Of a stretch of 64,000 bases of DNA, positions 54,793-64,000 are shown one piece after another; the stretch's first letter is position 1, and the number at the start of each line of letters is the position of its first letter. The notes beneath the pieces are model-generated. The model made no database searches. It had not been told where the DNA came from and saw only the letters and a program-made list of their open reading frames with translations. Origin of the DNA: Syntrophales bacterium. Its GTDB lineage: Bacteria > Desulfobacterota > Syntrophia > Syntrophales > UBA5619. The position numbers were made by a program, and so were the translations under genes. The DNA lies in contig JALNYO010000001.1 of assembly GCA_023229765.1 (NCBI GenBank), forward strand, positions 66,569 to 130,568. The letters run 5' to 3'.

Positions 54793-55058
54793 AAAATTTT
54801 GCATGGAAAACTGCGCGCCTTCCCTTAAATCCGGGATTGACATAGCTTCAAAACTGATATAGTTTAACGCCTCGATGGGTTATTCTTCCTGCGGGGCTGT
54901 TTTTGGTGGGGGGAGGCTTTTCAAAGGCCTTTATTCCGTTATCTTTTATTTAAAAATGTCCTGCCGCTGTCCCTTCCTCTCAGCGGGAGAGGATAGGGAG
55001 GAGTTACATCCTTCCATATTCCCGTTGCGGGTATGGGGTTTATAAAGGGAGGCAGTAA

Positions 55059-55712
55059 TTGTCTAAAGAGGATCAGCACAGCAGTTACATAATCGGGGAA
55101 GGGCTCCCCTTTGTCTTTGCTTCATTTCTTGCTGCCATTCTGATCTATTGGGCCGGTTTCCGGTTTGTTTCCCTGTTTTTCTTCTGTCTTGCCTTTTTCA
55201 TAACCTGGTTTTTTCGTAATCCGGAGAGGGAAACCCCTGAAAAAGAGGGGTTGATCATTTCTCCGGCCGATGGCCTGGTAATAAAGATTGAGGAGGTCCA
55301 AAGCGGGGAGATCCCGGGGCAAATCATGCGTAAAGTAAGCATCTTCATGAACGTTTTCAATGTCCATGTCAACAGGTTCCCCTGTTCGGGAGAAATCCGG
55401 ACGATAAGTTACAGGCCGGGGAAGTTCCTTTCCGCCAACCTGGATAAGGCATCGGAAGCAAATGAAAGAAATACAGTTGTCATCAGAATGGCCGACGGCC
55501 GCGAGATCGTAACGATCCAGATTGCCGGTCTTATTGCCAGACGAATCGTCTGGTGGATCAGGGAACATGATACTGCTCAAAAGGGGAAACGGTTCGGAAT
55601 GATCCGTTTCGGTTCACGGCTCGAGGTTTTCATGCCTTTGAGTTCTGCCGTTCTCGTCAATATTGGCGACAAGGTCAGGGCCGGGGAAACGCCCATAGGA
55701 GAATTGACATGA
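55059..55712 (+). CDS. psd: Phosphatidylserine decarboxylase proenzyme (short, membrane-anchored type)
   Basis: ISPADGLV...VSIFMNVFNVHVNR...FGSRLEVF (the GS cleavage site is at the GSR). The TTG start lies 6 nt after AAGGGAGG. Confidence 0.88.
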   Translation: MSKEDQHSSYIIGEGLPFVFASFLAAILIYWAGFRFVSLFFFCLAFFITWFFRNPERETPEKEGLIISPADGLVIKIEEVQSGEIPGQIMRKVSIFMNVFNVHVNRFPCSGEIRTISYRPGKFLSANLDKASEANERNTVVIRMADGREIVTIQIAGLIARRIVWWIREHDTAQKGKRFGMIRFGSRLEVFMPLSSAVLVNIGDKVRAGETPIGELT

Positions 55713-56494
55713 AAAATAACAGACAACACGAGGAGAATAGAAGGAATCTGGTCGTTTATGTGCTTCCCAACCTCTTCACGACGGCCAACCTGTTTTGCGG
55801 TTTTTATTCAGTAATTGCTGCCATGAAGGGTATGTATGAAGTTGCGGCTATTGCTATTCTGGTTGCCGTAGTTCTGGACAGCCTGGATGGCCGGATCGCG
55901 CGCATGACCCATACGACCAGCCGGTTCGGCGGCGAATATGACTCTTTATGCGACCTTGTGAGTTTCGGCGTGGCGCCGGCGCTCATGATTTACAACTGGT
56001 CCTTGTTTTCTTTCGGAAAATGGGGCTGGCTGGTGGCTTTTCTGTTCGTTGTCTGCGGCGCTCTGCGGCTGGCCAGGTTCAATGTGCAGGTGGGGATTAT
56101 CAACAGTCGGGTCTTCAATGGCTTGCCGATTCCCGGCGGCGCGGCGGTGTTGGCTACGTTCATACTGCTTTTTTATTATCTGGGAGGAGAAGGGCGCTAC
56201 CCGAGTTTACCGATCATGATTGGTGTGGCCGCGACATCGATTTTTATGGTAAGCAGCATAAAATATTACAGTTTCAAGGACCTTAATTATTTTTCCCGCA
56301 AGCCTTTTATGTGTTTTGTGTTGATTGTCTTAATCCTCGTTATCATTGCCGCGGAGCCGCAGATTATGCTCTTTACGTTCGCCTTTGGTTACAGTCTAAC
56401 CGGCCCGGTATGGGCTTTGCTGAAACTTCTCAGGCGAAAGCAGGAGAATGTTGAGGTGGAGAAGCAGGCTCAATCTCACGACCTCCCCGTTTAA
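55709..56494 (+). CDS. pssA: CDP-diacylglycerol--serine O-phosphatidyltransferase
   Basis: CDP-alcohol phosphotransferase motif DSLDGRIAR...GGEYDSLCDLVSFGVAPA. Confidence 0.9.
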   Translation: MKNNRQHEENRRNLVVYVLPNLFTTANLFCGFYSVIAAMKGMYEVAAIAILVAVVLDSLDGRIARMTHTTSRFGGEYDSLCDLVSFGVAPALMIYNWSLFSFGKWGWLVAFLFVVCGALRLARFNVQVGIINSRVFNGLPIPGGAAVLATFILLFYYLGGEGRYPSLPIMIGVAATSIFMVSSIKYYSFKDLNYFSRKPFMCFVLIVLILVIIAAEPQIMLFTFAFGYSLTGPVWALLKLLRRKQENVEVEKQAQSHDLPV

Positions 56495-56610
56495 TATGAA
56501 AAAGATGGATAAAGATATAAGTTTTCGGGTTTGAGTTCTTGTATGTCGTTTAGCGGTGCTGCGGGGCGTGCTTAAAAAAATTACAAAATTACAAATCAAG
56601 GAGCGTTTAA

Positions 56611-57627
56611 ATGAGAAGCTACAATGTGGCGGTTGTCGGGGCAACGGGAGCAGTCGGCAACGAGATGATCAAGGTTTTGGAACAGCGCAACTTTCCTGTT
56701 AAGGAATTGACGCTTCTTGCCTCGGACCGATCGCTGGGCAAGGAACTCACCTTTCATGGCAAATCCATACCGGTTGAGGTGCTGACGGAAAACTCCTTCA
56801 GGGGAATTGAGATAGGGCTTTTTTCCGCCGGGGGGAGTATCAGCGAAAAGTTTGCCCCGCTTGCCGCTGCCGCCGGTTGTGTGGTTATCGACAATACAAG
56901 CGCCTTCCGAATGGTCCCGGAGATTCCGCTGGTCGTCCCAGAGGTTAATCCCGAGGCGATCGCCCTGTACAAGAACCGCGGAATTATCGCCAACCCCAAC
57001 TGTTCCACGATACAGATGGTTGTAGCACTGAAACCGATTCACGACGCGGCGCGGATAAAAAGGATCGTGGTTTCGACCTACCAGGCTGTTTCGGGAACGG
57101 GCAAGAGGGCAATCGAGGAACTTTCTCTGCAGACGCAGGCGCTCTTGAGCTTCAATGACCCAGTTGTCAAGGTATATCCGCACCGGATAGCCTTCAACTG
57201 TCTGCCGCATATCGACGTCTTTCTGGAAAACGGCTACACGAAAGAAGAGATGAAAATGGTCAATGAGACCAAGAAGATATTTAACGATCAATCGATCAGG
57301 GTAACCGCCACAGCCGTGCGGGTTCCCGTTTTTTACAGCCATTCTGAGGCGGTAAATATTGAAACAGAAAAAAAGCTCACGGCCGAACAGGTCCGCGAAC
57401 TGCTTTCCGGGGCGCCGGGCGTTGTGGTTGTCGATAACCCGGGCTTCAACGAGTATCCGCTGGCAATTGACGCCGCCGGCAGGGATGAAACGTTTGTCGG
57501 CAGAATACGGGAAGACGAGTCCATTCCCAATGGAATAAATCTCTGGGTTGTGTCGGATAATATAAGAAAAGGCGCCGCCCTGAACGCCGTCCAGATCGCC
57601 GAGATTTTGAGCAGCAAGTATCTATGA
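56611..57627 (+). CDS. asd: Aspartate-semialdehyde dehydrogenase
   Basis: VAVVGATGAVGNEM...IANPNCSTIQMV...SGAPGV. Confidence 0.94.
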   Translation: MRSYNVAVVGATGAVGNEMIKVLEQRNFPVKELTLLASDRSLGKELTFHGKSIPVEVLTENSFRGIEIGLFSAGGSISEKFAPLAAAAGCVVIDNTSAFRMVPEIPLVVPEVNPEAIALYKNRGIIANPNCSTIQMVVALKPIHDAARIKRIVVSTYQAVSGTGKRAIEELSLQTQALLSFNDPVVKVYPHRIAFNCLPHIDVFLENGYTKEEMKMVNETKKIFNDQSIRVTATAVRVPVFYSHSEAVNIETEKKLTAEQVRELLSGAPGVVVVDNPGFNEYPLAIDAAGRDETFVGRIREDESIPNGINLWVVSDNIRKGAALNAVQIAEILSSKYL

Positions 57628-58217
57628 GAATAAGCGGAGGGGAGGCGAAGGGAAGGCTGATCCGCATTCCGGCGGGGGGGCATGTCCGGCCTACAACCGA
57701 TCGCGTCAGGGAATCGCTTTTTAATATACTCTCTACAGTAGCGGAAACATCATTCCTGGATTTATTTGCAGGCAGCGGGATTGTCGGCATAGAGGCGCTG
57801 AGCCGCGGCGCTGCTCATGCCGTCTTTGTGGAAAAGGATTTAAAGGTTGCCGACGCTCTGAAGGAAAGGATCAGCGGGTTCGGATTTACAGGCCGGGCCA
57901 ATGTGATTTCCGCCCCTGTGCATAAGGCGCTGGATATTCTCCGTCGCAGTGGGAAAAGATTTGACATAATTTTTGCAGATCCTCCCTATAACGAAGGTCA
58001 GGCTGTTGAAACCATGCATTTTCTGGAGAATGGGGAGTTGATGGCTCCCGCTGGCGTTTTGGTCCTGCAGCATTCCGCAAGAGAAAAAACCGGGGAGCTG
58101 AAGGCCGTCTCGCTGTTTTTGACCGACAAGAGACAATATGGGGAGACAGTTTTATCTTTTTTCCGAAAAGAAGATTCCGGCGGGGAGGGCGGACAAGGAG
58201 CGCAAGCAGGGGACTGA
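57624..58217 (+). CDS. rsmD: 16S rRNA (guanine966-N2)-methyltransferase RsmD
   Basis: RISGGEAKGR...RPTTDRVRESLFNIL...DLFAGSG...ADPPY. Confidence 0.88.
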   Translation: MRISGGEAKGRLIRIPAGGHVRPTTDRVRESLFNILSTVAETSFLDLFAGSGIVGIEALSRGAAHAVFVEKDLKVADALKERISGFGFTGRANVISAPVHKALDILRRSGKRFDIIFADPPYNEGQAVETMHFLENGELMAPAGVLVLQHSAREKTGELKAVSLFLTDKRQYGETVLSFFRKEDSGGEGGQGAQAGD

Positions 58218-58272
58218 TGGCGGCGCGGTTGGTTAATCCTTAATGGCATAAAAAACGCGAGGGGGAGTAGCT

Positions 58273-58764
58273 GTGAAAAAAATGGCTGTATATCCAGGCT
58301 CTTTTGATCCTATTACCAATGGCCATGTCGATATTATCAGGCGCAGCCTGCATATGTTTGATGAATTGACTGTTTTGATAGCGCATAATCCGACAAAGAA
58401 AACGCACTTTTCCCTGGAGGAGCGCCTGGAGATGATCCGGGAGGTCACCCAGGACTGCAAAAATATCCGTGTGGACAGTTTTGACGGACTGCTGGTCGAT
58501 TATCTAAAGGAAATGGGCGCGGACGTTATTATTCGTGGGCTCCGGGCTCTTTCCGATTTTGAATACGAGTTTCAGCTTGCCCTGATGAACCGTCGGCTGA
58601 ACCGCGATATCGAGACGTTATTTCTTATGACCGGGTACCAGTGGTTCTACACCAGCTCAACAATTATTAATGAGGCGGCCAGTATGGGCGGTTCCGTCGA
58701 GGGGCTGGTCCCGGATATAGTGAACAGGAAGCTGATAGAGAAATATTCAAACAAAGGAGTATAG
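58273..58764 (+). CDS. coaD: Phosphopantetheine adenylyltransferase
   Basis: AVYPGSFDPITNGHVDII. GTG 58273 lies 5 nt after GGGGGAG; an alternative ATG is at 58282. Confidence 0.94.
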   Translation: MKKMAVYPGSFDPITNGHVDIIRRSLHMFDELTVLIAHNPTKKTHFSLEERLEMIREVTQDCKNIRVDSFDGLLVDYLKEMGADVIIRGLRALSDFEYEFQLALMNRRLNRDIETLFLMTGYQWFYTSSTIINEAASMGGSVEGLVPDIVNRKLIEKYSNKGV

Positions 58765-58766
58765 GT

Positions 58767-59978
58767 ATGGAAAAGAACGTAGCTTTGCATAAACTGGCAA
58801 AAAGGATTGGGCTGATCAAGCCCTCGCCGACGTTGGAGATTCAGGCAAAGGCCAACGCCCTGAAAGCGGCAGGACGCGATATCATCAGTTTCGGGGCGGG
58901 GGAGCCCGATTTTGACACGCCGGATAACATCAAGGAAGCGGCCATTGCCTCGATAAAGGCGGGGTTTACCAAATACACGCCCGTCGGGGGAATCGATGAT
59001 CTCAAGGATGCGGTCATCGCCAAGCTGGAGCGGGACAGCCAGTTGCGATACGGGCGTTCCCAGATTGTCGTCTCCTGCGGCGCCAAGCACTCCCTTTTCA
59101 ACATTGCCCATGTGCTCTTCGAGGAGGGCGACGAGGTGCTTATTCCCTCGCCCTATTGGGTCTCCTACACCGACATCGTCTATCTGACCGGGGCCAAACC
59201 GGTGGTGATAAAAACCAGCATTGAAGATGGCTTCAAGCTTCAGCCGGCGCAACTGGAAGCGGCGATAACGCCGCGCACCCGGGCCATGATCATCAACTGC
59301 CCGTCAAACCCCGCCGGGGTCTGTTACAGCCGGCAGGAATTGGAGAAACTTGCCGAGATACTTCTTGCCAGGGGCGTCATGATCATATCGGATGACATCT
59401 ACGAAAAGATAATCTACGACGATAACAGATTTTATTCGCTGGCATCGTTCAGCGAAGAGCTTAAGAACAATACGCTTGTCGTCAATGGCGTATCCAAGAG
59501 CTATGCGATGACCGGCTGGCGCATTGGCTACACGGCCGGCCCCGAAGAGATAATTGCGGCGATTACGAAATACCAGAGTCAGAACACCTCCAATCCGACC
59601 TCGATAGCTCAGAAGGCGGCGGTGGCAGCGCTCAATGGTCCGCAGGAGGGGGTGCTGGCGATGAGTCGGGCATTCCAGCAGCGCCGGGACGTTATTGTCC
59701 GCAGGCTCAACGAGATACCGGGGATCGACTGCCTGAACCCGCAGGGCGCCTTTTATGTGTTTCCCCGTGTCTCGTCTTTCTACGGCAAATCTTTCGGGGG
59801 AAGGGTCATCGGCAATTCATCGGAAATGGCGGCTTATCTGCTGGAAGAGGCGAACGTGGCCCTGGTCCCAGGGGTGGATTTTGGCCATGACGACCATCTG
59901 CGCCTCTCCTATGCCACATCGCTTGCGAAGATTGAAATGGGGGTTGAGAGAATGCGGGCGGCCCTGCTGAAGAGTTAG
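58767..59978 (+). CDS. Pyridoxal-phosphate-dependent aminotransferase (aspartate aminotransferase class I)
   Basis: SPYWVSY...NPAG...VNGVSKSYAMTGWRIGY (PLP Lys). Confidence 0.9.
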   Translation: MEKNVALHKLAKRIGLIKPSPTLEIQAKANALKAAGRDIISFGAGEPDFDTPDNIKEAAIASIKAGFTKYTPVGGIDDLKDAVIAKLERDSQLRYGRSQIVVSCGAKHSLFNIAHVLFEEGDEVLIPSPYWVSYTDIVYLTGAKPVVIKTSIEDGFKLQPAQLEAAITPRTRAMIINCPSNPAGVCYSRQELEKLAEILLARGVMIISDDIYEKIIYDDNRFYSLASFSEELKNNTLVVNGVSKSYAMTGWRIGYTAGPEEIIAAITKYQSQNTSNPTSIAQKAAVAALNGPQEGVLAMSRAFQQRRDVIVRRLNEIPGIDCLNPQGAFYVFPRVSSFYGKSFGGRVIGNSSEMAAYLLEEANVALVPGVDFGHDDHLRLSYATSLAKIEMGVERMRAALLKS

Positions 59979-60022
59979 CTTAACCTTCAGCAACCTCGCT
60001 GATTTTAACTGTTCATAATCAG

Positions 60023-61156
60023 ATGCTGGCAAAGAAGGTGAAGGCGCTCAGTCTGCCGCCGTCAGAAAATAGAGGTCTGAATTTGAGTTTGCCGAGAAAA
60101 AAAACAAAGGTTCTCGATGTGGGGGGGGTAAAGATCGGCGGGGACTTTCAGGTAGTTGTCCAGTCCATGACTTCCTGCGATACCCGCGATGTCGCCTCCA
60201 CGCTGAAACAGATCAAGATTCTGGCAGATGCCGGTTGTGAAATCGTCCGGGTGGCGGTACCGGATGAAACAGCCGCCGCAGCGATCAGAGAAATACGTTC
60301 GCAAATAACCATTCCGCTGATTGCCGACATCCATTTCCGCGCCGACCTTGCGGTTATGGCGCTGAATAATGGCGCCGACGCGATCCGTATCAACCCGGGC
60401 AATATTCCGGTTGAGGACATTCGCCGGATTGTCAAGGAGGCGAAAAAGAACAAAAAGGTCATCCGGATCGGAGTGAATTCAGGTTCTCTGGAGAAGGACA
60501 TAGCCTTCCGTCATCGCGGAGCGACGGCCCCCGCCCTCGTGGAAAGCGCCCTGCGGAATATCCGCCTCTTGGAAGAGATGGACTTTACCGACATGAAGCT
60601 TTCGCTTAAGTCGTCGGATGTGGCAACCACCATTGAGGCCTATCGTTCGATCTCCGCCTTGACCGACTACCCACTGCATCTCGGCGTTACGGAGGCGGGT
60701 ACCCTTCTGCAGTCGGCTATAAAATCGGCGCTGGGCATCGGCGCCCTGCTTTATGATGGGATTGGCGATACGATAAGGGTTTCCATCACCGGCGACCCGT
60801 TGCAGGAAATCGGGGTTGCCTTCGGCATTCTGCGGGCGCTGAAGTTGCGCAATGTCGGCCCGGAAATCATCTCCTGCCCTACCTGCGGTCGTTGCGAAAT
60901 AGACCTCGTATCGCTGACTTCGCAGGTGGAAGAGAAACTCAAAGGGATGAAGGCCCCGCTCAAGATAGCGTTGATGGGTTGTGTCGTGAACGGGCCGGGC
61001 GAGGCCGGCGAGGCCGATATCGGGATTGCCGGGGGAAAGGGCGCTGGCATGCTGTTTAAAAAGGGAGAGGTGGTTCGAAAACTGCGTGAAGATGAATTCG
61101 TCTCGGTGCTGCTGGAAGAGATTCGCCTGATGACCGGGGATTGCGCCGGAAGTTAA
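60023..61156 (+). CDS. ispG: 4-hydroxy-3-methylbut-2-en-1-yl diphosphate synthase
   Basis: VGGVKIGGDFQVVVQSMT...RINPGN...SCPTCGRC...GCVVNGPGE. The start is uncertain; an in-frame TTG at 60089 is an alternative. Confidence 0.92.
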   Translation: MLAKKVKALSLPPSENRGLNLSLPRKKTKVLDVGGVKIGGDFQVVVQSMTSCDTRDVASTLKQIKILADAGCEIVRVAVPDETAAAAIREIRSQITIPLIADIHFRADLAVMALNNGADAIRINPGNIPVEDIRRIVKEAKKNKKVIRIGVNSGSLEKDIAFRHRGATAPALVESALRNIRLLEEMDFTDMKLSLKSSDVATTIEAYRSISALTDYPLHLGVTEAGTLLQSAIKSALGIGALLYDGIGDTIRVSITGDPLQEIGVAFGILRALKLRNVGPEIISCPTCGRCEIDLVSLTSQVEEKLKGMKAPLKIALMGCVVNGPGEAGEADIGIAGGKGAGMLFKKGEVVRKLREDEFVSVLLEEIRLMTGDCAGS

Positions 61157-61171
61157 AAGTGAGGAGATTTA

Positions 61172-62887
61172 ATGCGTTATTCTGAAATGTTTCTGCCTAC
61201 GGCGCGGGAGATTCCGTCCGATGCGGAGTTGATCAGCCATCAGTTGATGGTGCGGGCCGGGATGATAAGAAAACTGACCAGCGGGGTCTATTCCTGGCTG
61301 CCGCTCGGTTACCGGGTTCTTCGCAAGTTTGAAGAGATAGTTAGAGAGGAGATGAACCGGGCGGGCGCCCAGGAGGTGTTTTTGCCGATGGTGCAGCCGG
61401 CGGAGTTATGGCAGGAGTCGGGCCGTTGGGTTCATTATGGCAAGGAGCTCCTGCGTTTTCGGGACCGGCATGACCGTGAGTGTTGCCTCGGCCCGACCCA
61501 TGAAGAGGTCATCACCGACCTGGTCAGGAACGAAATAAAGACCTACCGGCAGCTTCCGAAAAATCTCTACCAGATCCAGACAAAATTCCGTGACGAAATC
61601 AGGCCGCGGTTTGGGGTTATGCGCTCCCGGGAATTTGGGATGAAGGACGCGTACAGCTTTGACGCGGATGAAGCGGGAAGCGAGATCAGCTACAGAAAAA
61701 TGTTTGAGGCGTATAAACGGATATTTTCCCGCTGCGGATTGAATTTCCGGCCGGTCGAGGCGGATTCTGGCAGTATCGGAGGACATTATTCCCATGAATT
61801 CATGGTGATGGCTGATTCAGGGGAGGATGCCGTCTGCTATTGCAGCACCTGCGACTATGCGGCCAATCTGGAAAAGGCGGAGGTTGCGCGTCCTGAAGTT
61901 AATGCCCCGGCGACAGAGGTTGCCCCGATTGCCGAGGTTCATACCCCCTCAGTGAGAACTATCGAAGATGTTTGTGTTTTTCTTGAAGTCAAGCCGTCTG
62001 ATGTTGTAAAAACGCTGATTTTTTCCGCCGATGATATCCCGGTGGCGGTGCTGGTTAGAGGAGACCATGAGGTAAACGAGATCAAGGTTAAGAATTACCT
62101 CCACTGCAATTCAATAGCTTTGGCCGATGAGGCGACGATCAGGATGGTTACTGGAGCGGCAAGAGGGTTTGCCGGCGCCGTCGGAATCAAATGCCGGATA
62201 ATCGCCGATTATTCGCTTTTGGGAAGGAACGACCTGGTTATGGGCGCCAATCGTGATGATTTTCACCTGCGTCACGTCAAGCCCGGCAGGGATTTTCCAC
62301 TGGAGGAATTTGCCGATCTGCGCCTGATCAGGGAAAATGATTCTTGTCCCCGCTGCGGCGGCGCCATCAACATCGCCCGGGGAATCGAGGTCGGTCATGT
62401 CTTCAAATTGGGATTAAAGTACAGCCAGGCGATGAAAGCGGTTTTTCTCGATCGGAACGGCAAGGAACAGTTTATGTTCATGGGGTGCTACGGCATCGGC
62501 ATCGGCAGGACCGTTGCTGCCGCAATCGAGCAGAATAATGACAAGGATGGGATTGTCTGGCCGCCGGCCCTTGCCCCCTATCAAGTCATTATTACCCCGG
62601 TCAACGTCAACGAAAGCGCCCTTGCTGAAGCCGCGGAAAAGCTCTATCAAGCGCTGCTCGCAAGGGGGGTTGAGACCATTCTCGACGATCGCGACGAGCG
62701 GGTCGGCGTCAAGTTTAAAGACGCTGATTTGATAGGCATTCCCTGGCGGGTGACAATCGGCCCGAAAAAGCTGGCGGAGGGGAATGTCGAAATCAAAGAC
62801 AGACGCACCGGTGAGATCAAAATCCTCCCCCTTGCCGAGGCGACGGCTTTTCTGGCTGAAAAAGTTCAGATTAATGTTAATAAATAG
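61172..62887 (+). CDS. proS: Proline--tRNA ligase (bacterial type with INS editing domain)
   Basis: [35 protein letters not shown]...[17 protein letters not shown]...GCYGIG. Confidence 0.96.
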   Translation: MRYSEMFLPTAREIPSDAELISHQLMVRAGMIRKLTSGVYSWLPLGYRVLRKFEEIVREEMNRAGAQEVFLPMVQPAELWQESGRWVHYGKELLRFRDRHDRECCLGPTHEEVITDLVRNEIKTYRQLPKNLYQIQTKFRDEIRPRFGVMRSREFGMKDAYSFDADEAGSEISYRKMFEAYKRIFSRCGLNFRPVEADSGSIGGHYSHEFMVMADSGEDAVCYCSTCDYAANLEKAEVARPEVNAPATEVAPIAEVHTPSVRTIEDVCVFLEVKPSDVVKTLIFSADDIPVAVLVRGDHEVNEIKVKNYLHCNSIALADEATIRMVTGAARGFAGAVGIKCRIIADYSLLGRNDLVMGANRDDFHLRHVKPGRDFPLEEFADLRLIRENDSCPRCGGAINIARGIEVGHVFKLGLKYSQAMKAVFLDRNGKEQFMFMGCYGIGIGRTVAAAIEQNNDKDGIVWPPALAPYQVIITPVNVNESALAEAAEKLYQALLARGVETILDDRDERVGVKFKDADLIGIPWRVTIGPKKLAEGNVEIKDRRTGEIKILPLAEATAFLAEKVQINVNK

Positions 62888-63028
62888 TCAATAACAGTGA
62901 GGAATAAATTATAATCTTGCACTCCCGGAATCCCTTTTCAATCTTTACCCGGCTGCCATTCCCGCATGTTTCCTGCGGGAAGCAGGCCGGAAGGCCGATA
63001 AATTGTTGTGGATAAGGGATCAGTCCCC

Positions 63029-64000
63029 ATGCTTCGCATAAACGACATTCTGGATAAAGTCCAAACCTATCTTTCCGCTGAGCAGATGGGGATGATCGAA
63101 AAGGCATATATCTTTTCGGCCTCCGTTCATCAGGGGCAGATCCGTCTCTCCGGCGAGCCCTACCTGACTCACCCGATGGAAGTATGCGGTATTCTTGCCG
63201 ATATGAAACTCGATACGGCAACGCTTGTCACCGGACTTCTGCACGACACCGTCGAAGACACCCTCACCACGATCGAACAGATTGAAGAATACTTCGGCAA
63301 AGAGGTGGCGTTTCTGGTTGCCGGCATGACAAAGATCGGGAAGATCACCTTTGGCAGCAAAGAAAAACGCCAGGCGGAAAATTACCGGAAGATGATCTTG
63401 GCGATGTCAACCGATATTCGCATCCTGCTTGTCAAGCTGGCCGACCGGGTCCATAATATGCGGACAATGCAGTTTCAATCCCCCGAGAAGCAGTTGCAGA
63501 TCTCGCAGGAGACCCTCGATCTGTACGCGCCCCTGGCAAATCGCCTCGGGATAAACTGGATGAAGACGGAACTGGAAGACCTGTCATTCCGCTATATCGA
63601 TTTTGCCGCTTATAACGAGCTGGCGACAAGGATTGAAAAAAAGCAGGATAAAAGAAGCGAATACACCAATGAGATCAAGCAGGTAATTTCCCGGGAGATG
63701 GAGCGGTTCAACATCAAGGGCGAGCTTGAGGGGAGGGCCAAACACCTCTACAGCATCTATAAAAAAATGAAGGAACAGAAGATCGACTTCGACGAGGTGT
63801 ACGATCTGATCGCCTTCCGCATCATCCTCGATTCCGACGCCGTCAAGGACTGCTACGAGGCGCTCAGCATGGTTCACGCACTCTGGAAGCCGGTTCAGGG
63901 AAGGTTCAAGGATTATATCGCGATGCCGAAGGCCAATCATTATCAGTCGCTGCATACGACGGTGATCGGTCCTTACGGGGAGAGGGTGGAAATCCAGATC
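63029..64000 (+). CDS. spoT: Bifunctional (p)ppGpp synthetase/hydrolase RelA/SpoT; the 3' end runs off the window
   Basis: Translation from ATG 63029: MLRINDILDKVQTYLSAEQMGMIEKAYIFSASVHQGQIRLSGEPYLTHPMEVCGILADMKLD (HD domain), then ...KLADRVHNMRT and the start of the synthetase domain. The frame is open to base 64000 and is not in the ORF track. Confidence 0.92.
   Translation, partial: MLRINDILDKVQTYLSAEQMGMIEKAYIFSASVHQGQIRLSGEPYLTHPMEVCGILADMKLDTATLVTGLLHDTVEDTLTTIEQIEEYFGKEVAFLVAGMTKIGKITFGSKEKRQAENYRKMILAMSTDIRILLVKLADRVHNMRTMQFQSPEKQLQISQETLDLYAPLANRLGINWMKTELEDLSFRYIDFAAYNELATRIEKKQDKRSEYTNEIKQVISREMERFNIKGELEGRAKHLYSIYKKMKEQKIDFDEVYDLIAFRIILDSDAVKDCYEALSMVHALWKPVQGRFKDYIAMPKANHYQSLHTTVIGPYGERVEIQI

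Noticed and set aside
54837-55058. Possible sRNA or structured leader between tsaB and psd (extended -10 promoter TTGACA-N15-TATAGT with TG, followed by several hairpins)
   Set aside because: The promoter-like element is plausible. The downstream hairpins are short and imperfect, and I cannot match them to any known RNA family, so this is most simply the psd-pssA promoter and 5' UTR.

Overview
The window is a densely packed chromosomal segment of about 60 protein genes. I recognised no rRNA, tRNA or CRISPR. Gene content suggests an anaerobic Desulfobacterota/deltaproteobacterium-like organism: a Tat-FeS/NrfD membrane redox module, a giant BcrAD/BadFG activase fusion and an EF-G2-type paralog. 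This is inference only, because the window holds no marker RNA.

Most of the window is housekeeping: der (partial), nadK-recN, hup, trpS-scpA-scpB-rluB, ihfB, radC, zur-znuABC, mlaEFDCA, lpxH-like, mogA, secA-argJ, rpsB-tsf-pyrH-frr-uppS-cdsA-dxr-rseP-tsaB, psd-pssA, asd, rsmD-coaD, ispG-proS and relA/spoT (partial).

Non-ordinary parts:
1. Operon 29091-33232 (minus strand) is the best candidate for an undescribed system. It encodes a small membrane protein, a Tat-exported 4x[4Fe-4S] protein, an NrfD/HybB-like membrane subunit and two GcvH-like proteins without a properly placed lipoyl lysine. No catalytic subunit is present. The peptide LGVTMADGG (or close variants) recurs in four of the five proteins.
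2. A roughly 900 bp visibly AT-rich non-coding region (33233-34139) lies upstream of that operon. It carries TGTTAA/TTAACA palindromes and a 17/18 match to the I-SceI site.
3. Inverted arrays of an ACGGTTN heptamer bracket an Avd/23S-IVS-type four-helix-bundle gene (1209-1821). A gene-less copy of the same array architecture sits between rpsB and tsf (48108-48227).
4. Two copies of a 179 bp element with 22 bp terminal inverted repeats lie in inverted orientation around hup-trpS-scpAB.
5. A TetR-associated accessory-looking cluster (22-29 kb) has a duplicated operator/promoter module in front of two different operons, plus a sulfatase gene remnant.
6. The MlaF ATPase is fused to a degenerate GGDEF domain, and there is no MlaB.

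Many long ORFs in the supplied track are antisense shadows of real genes and were rejected.
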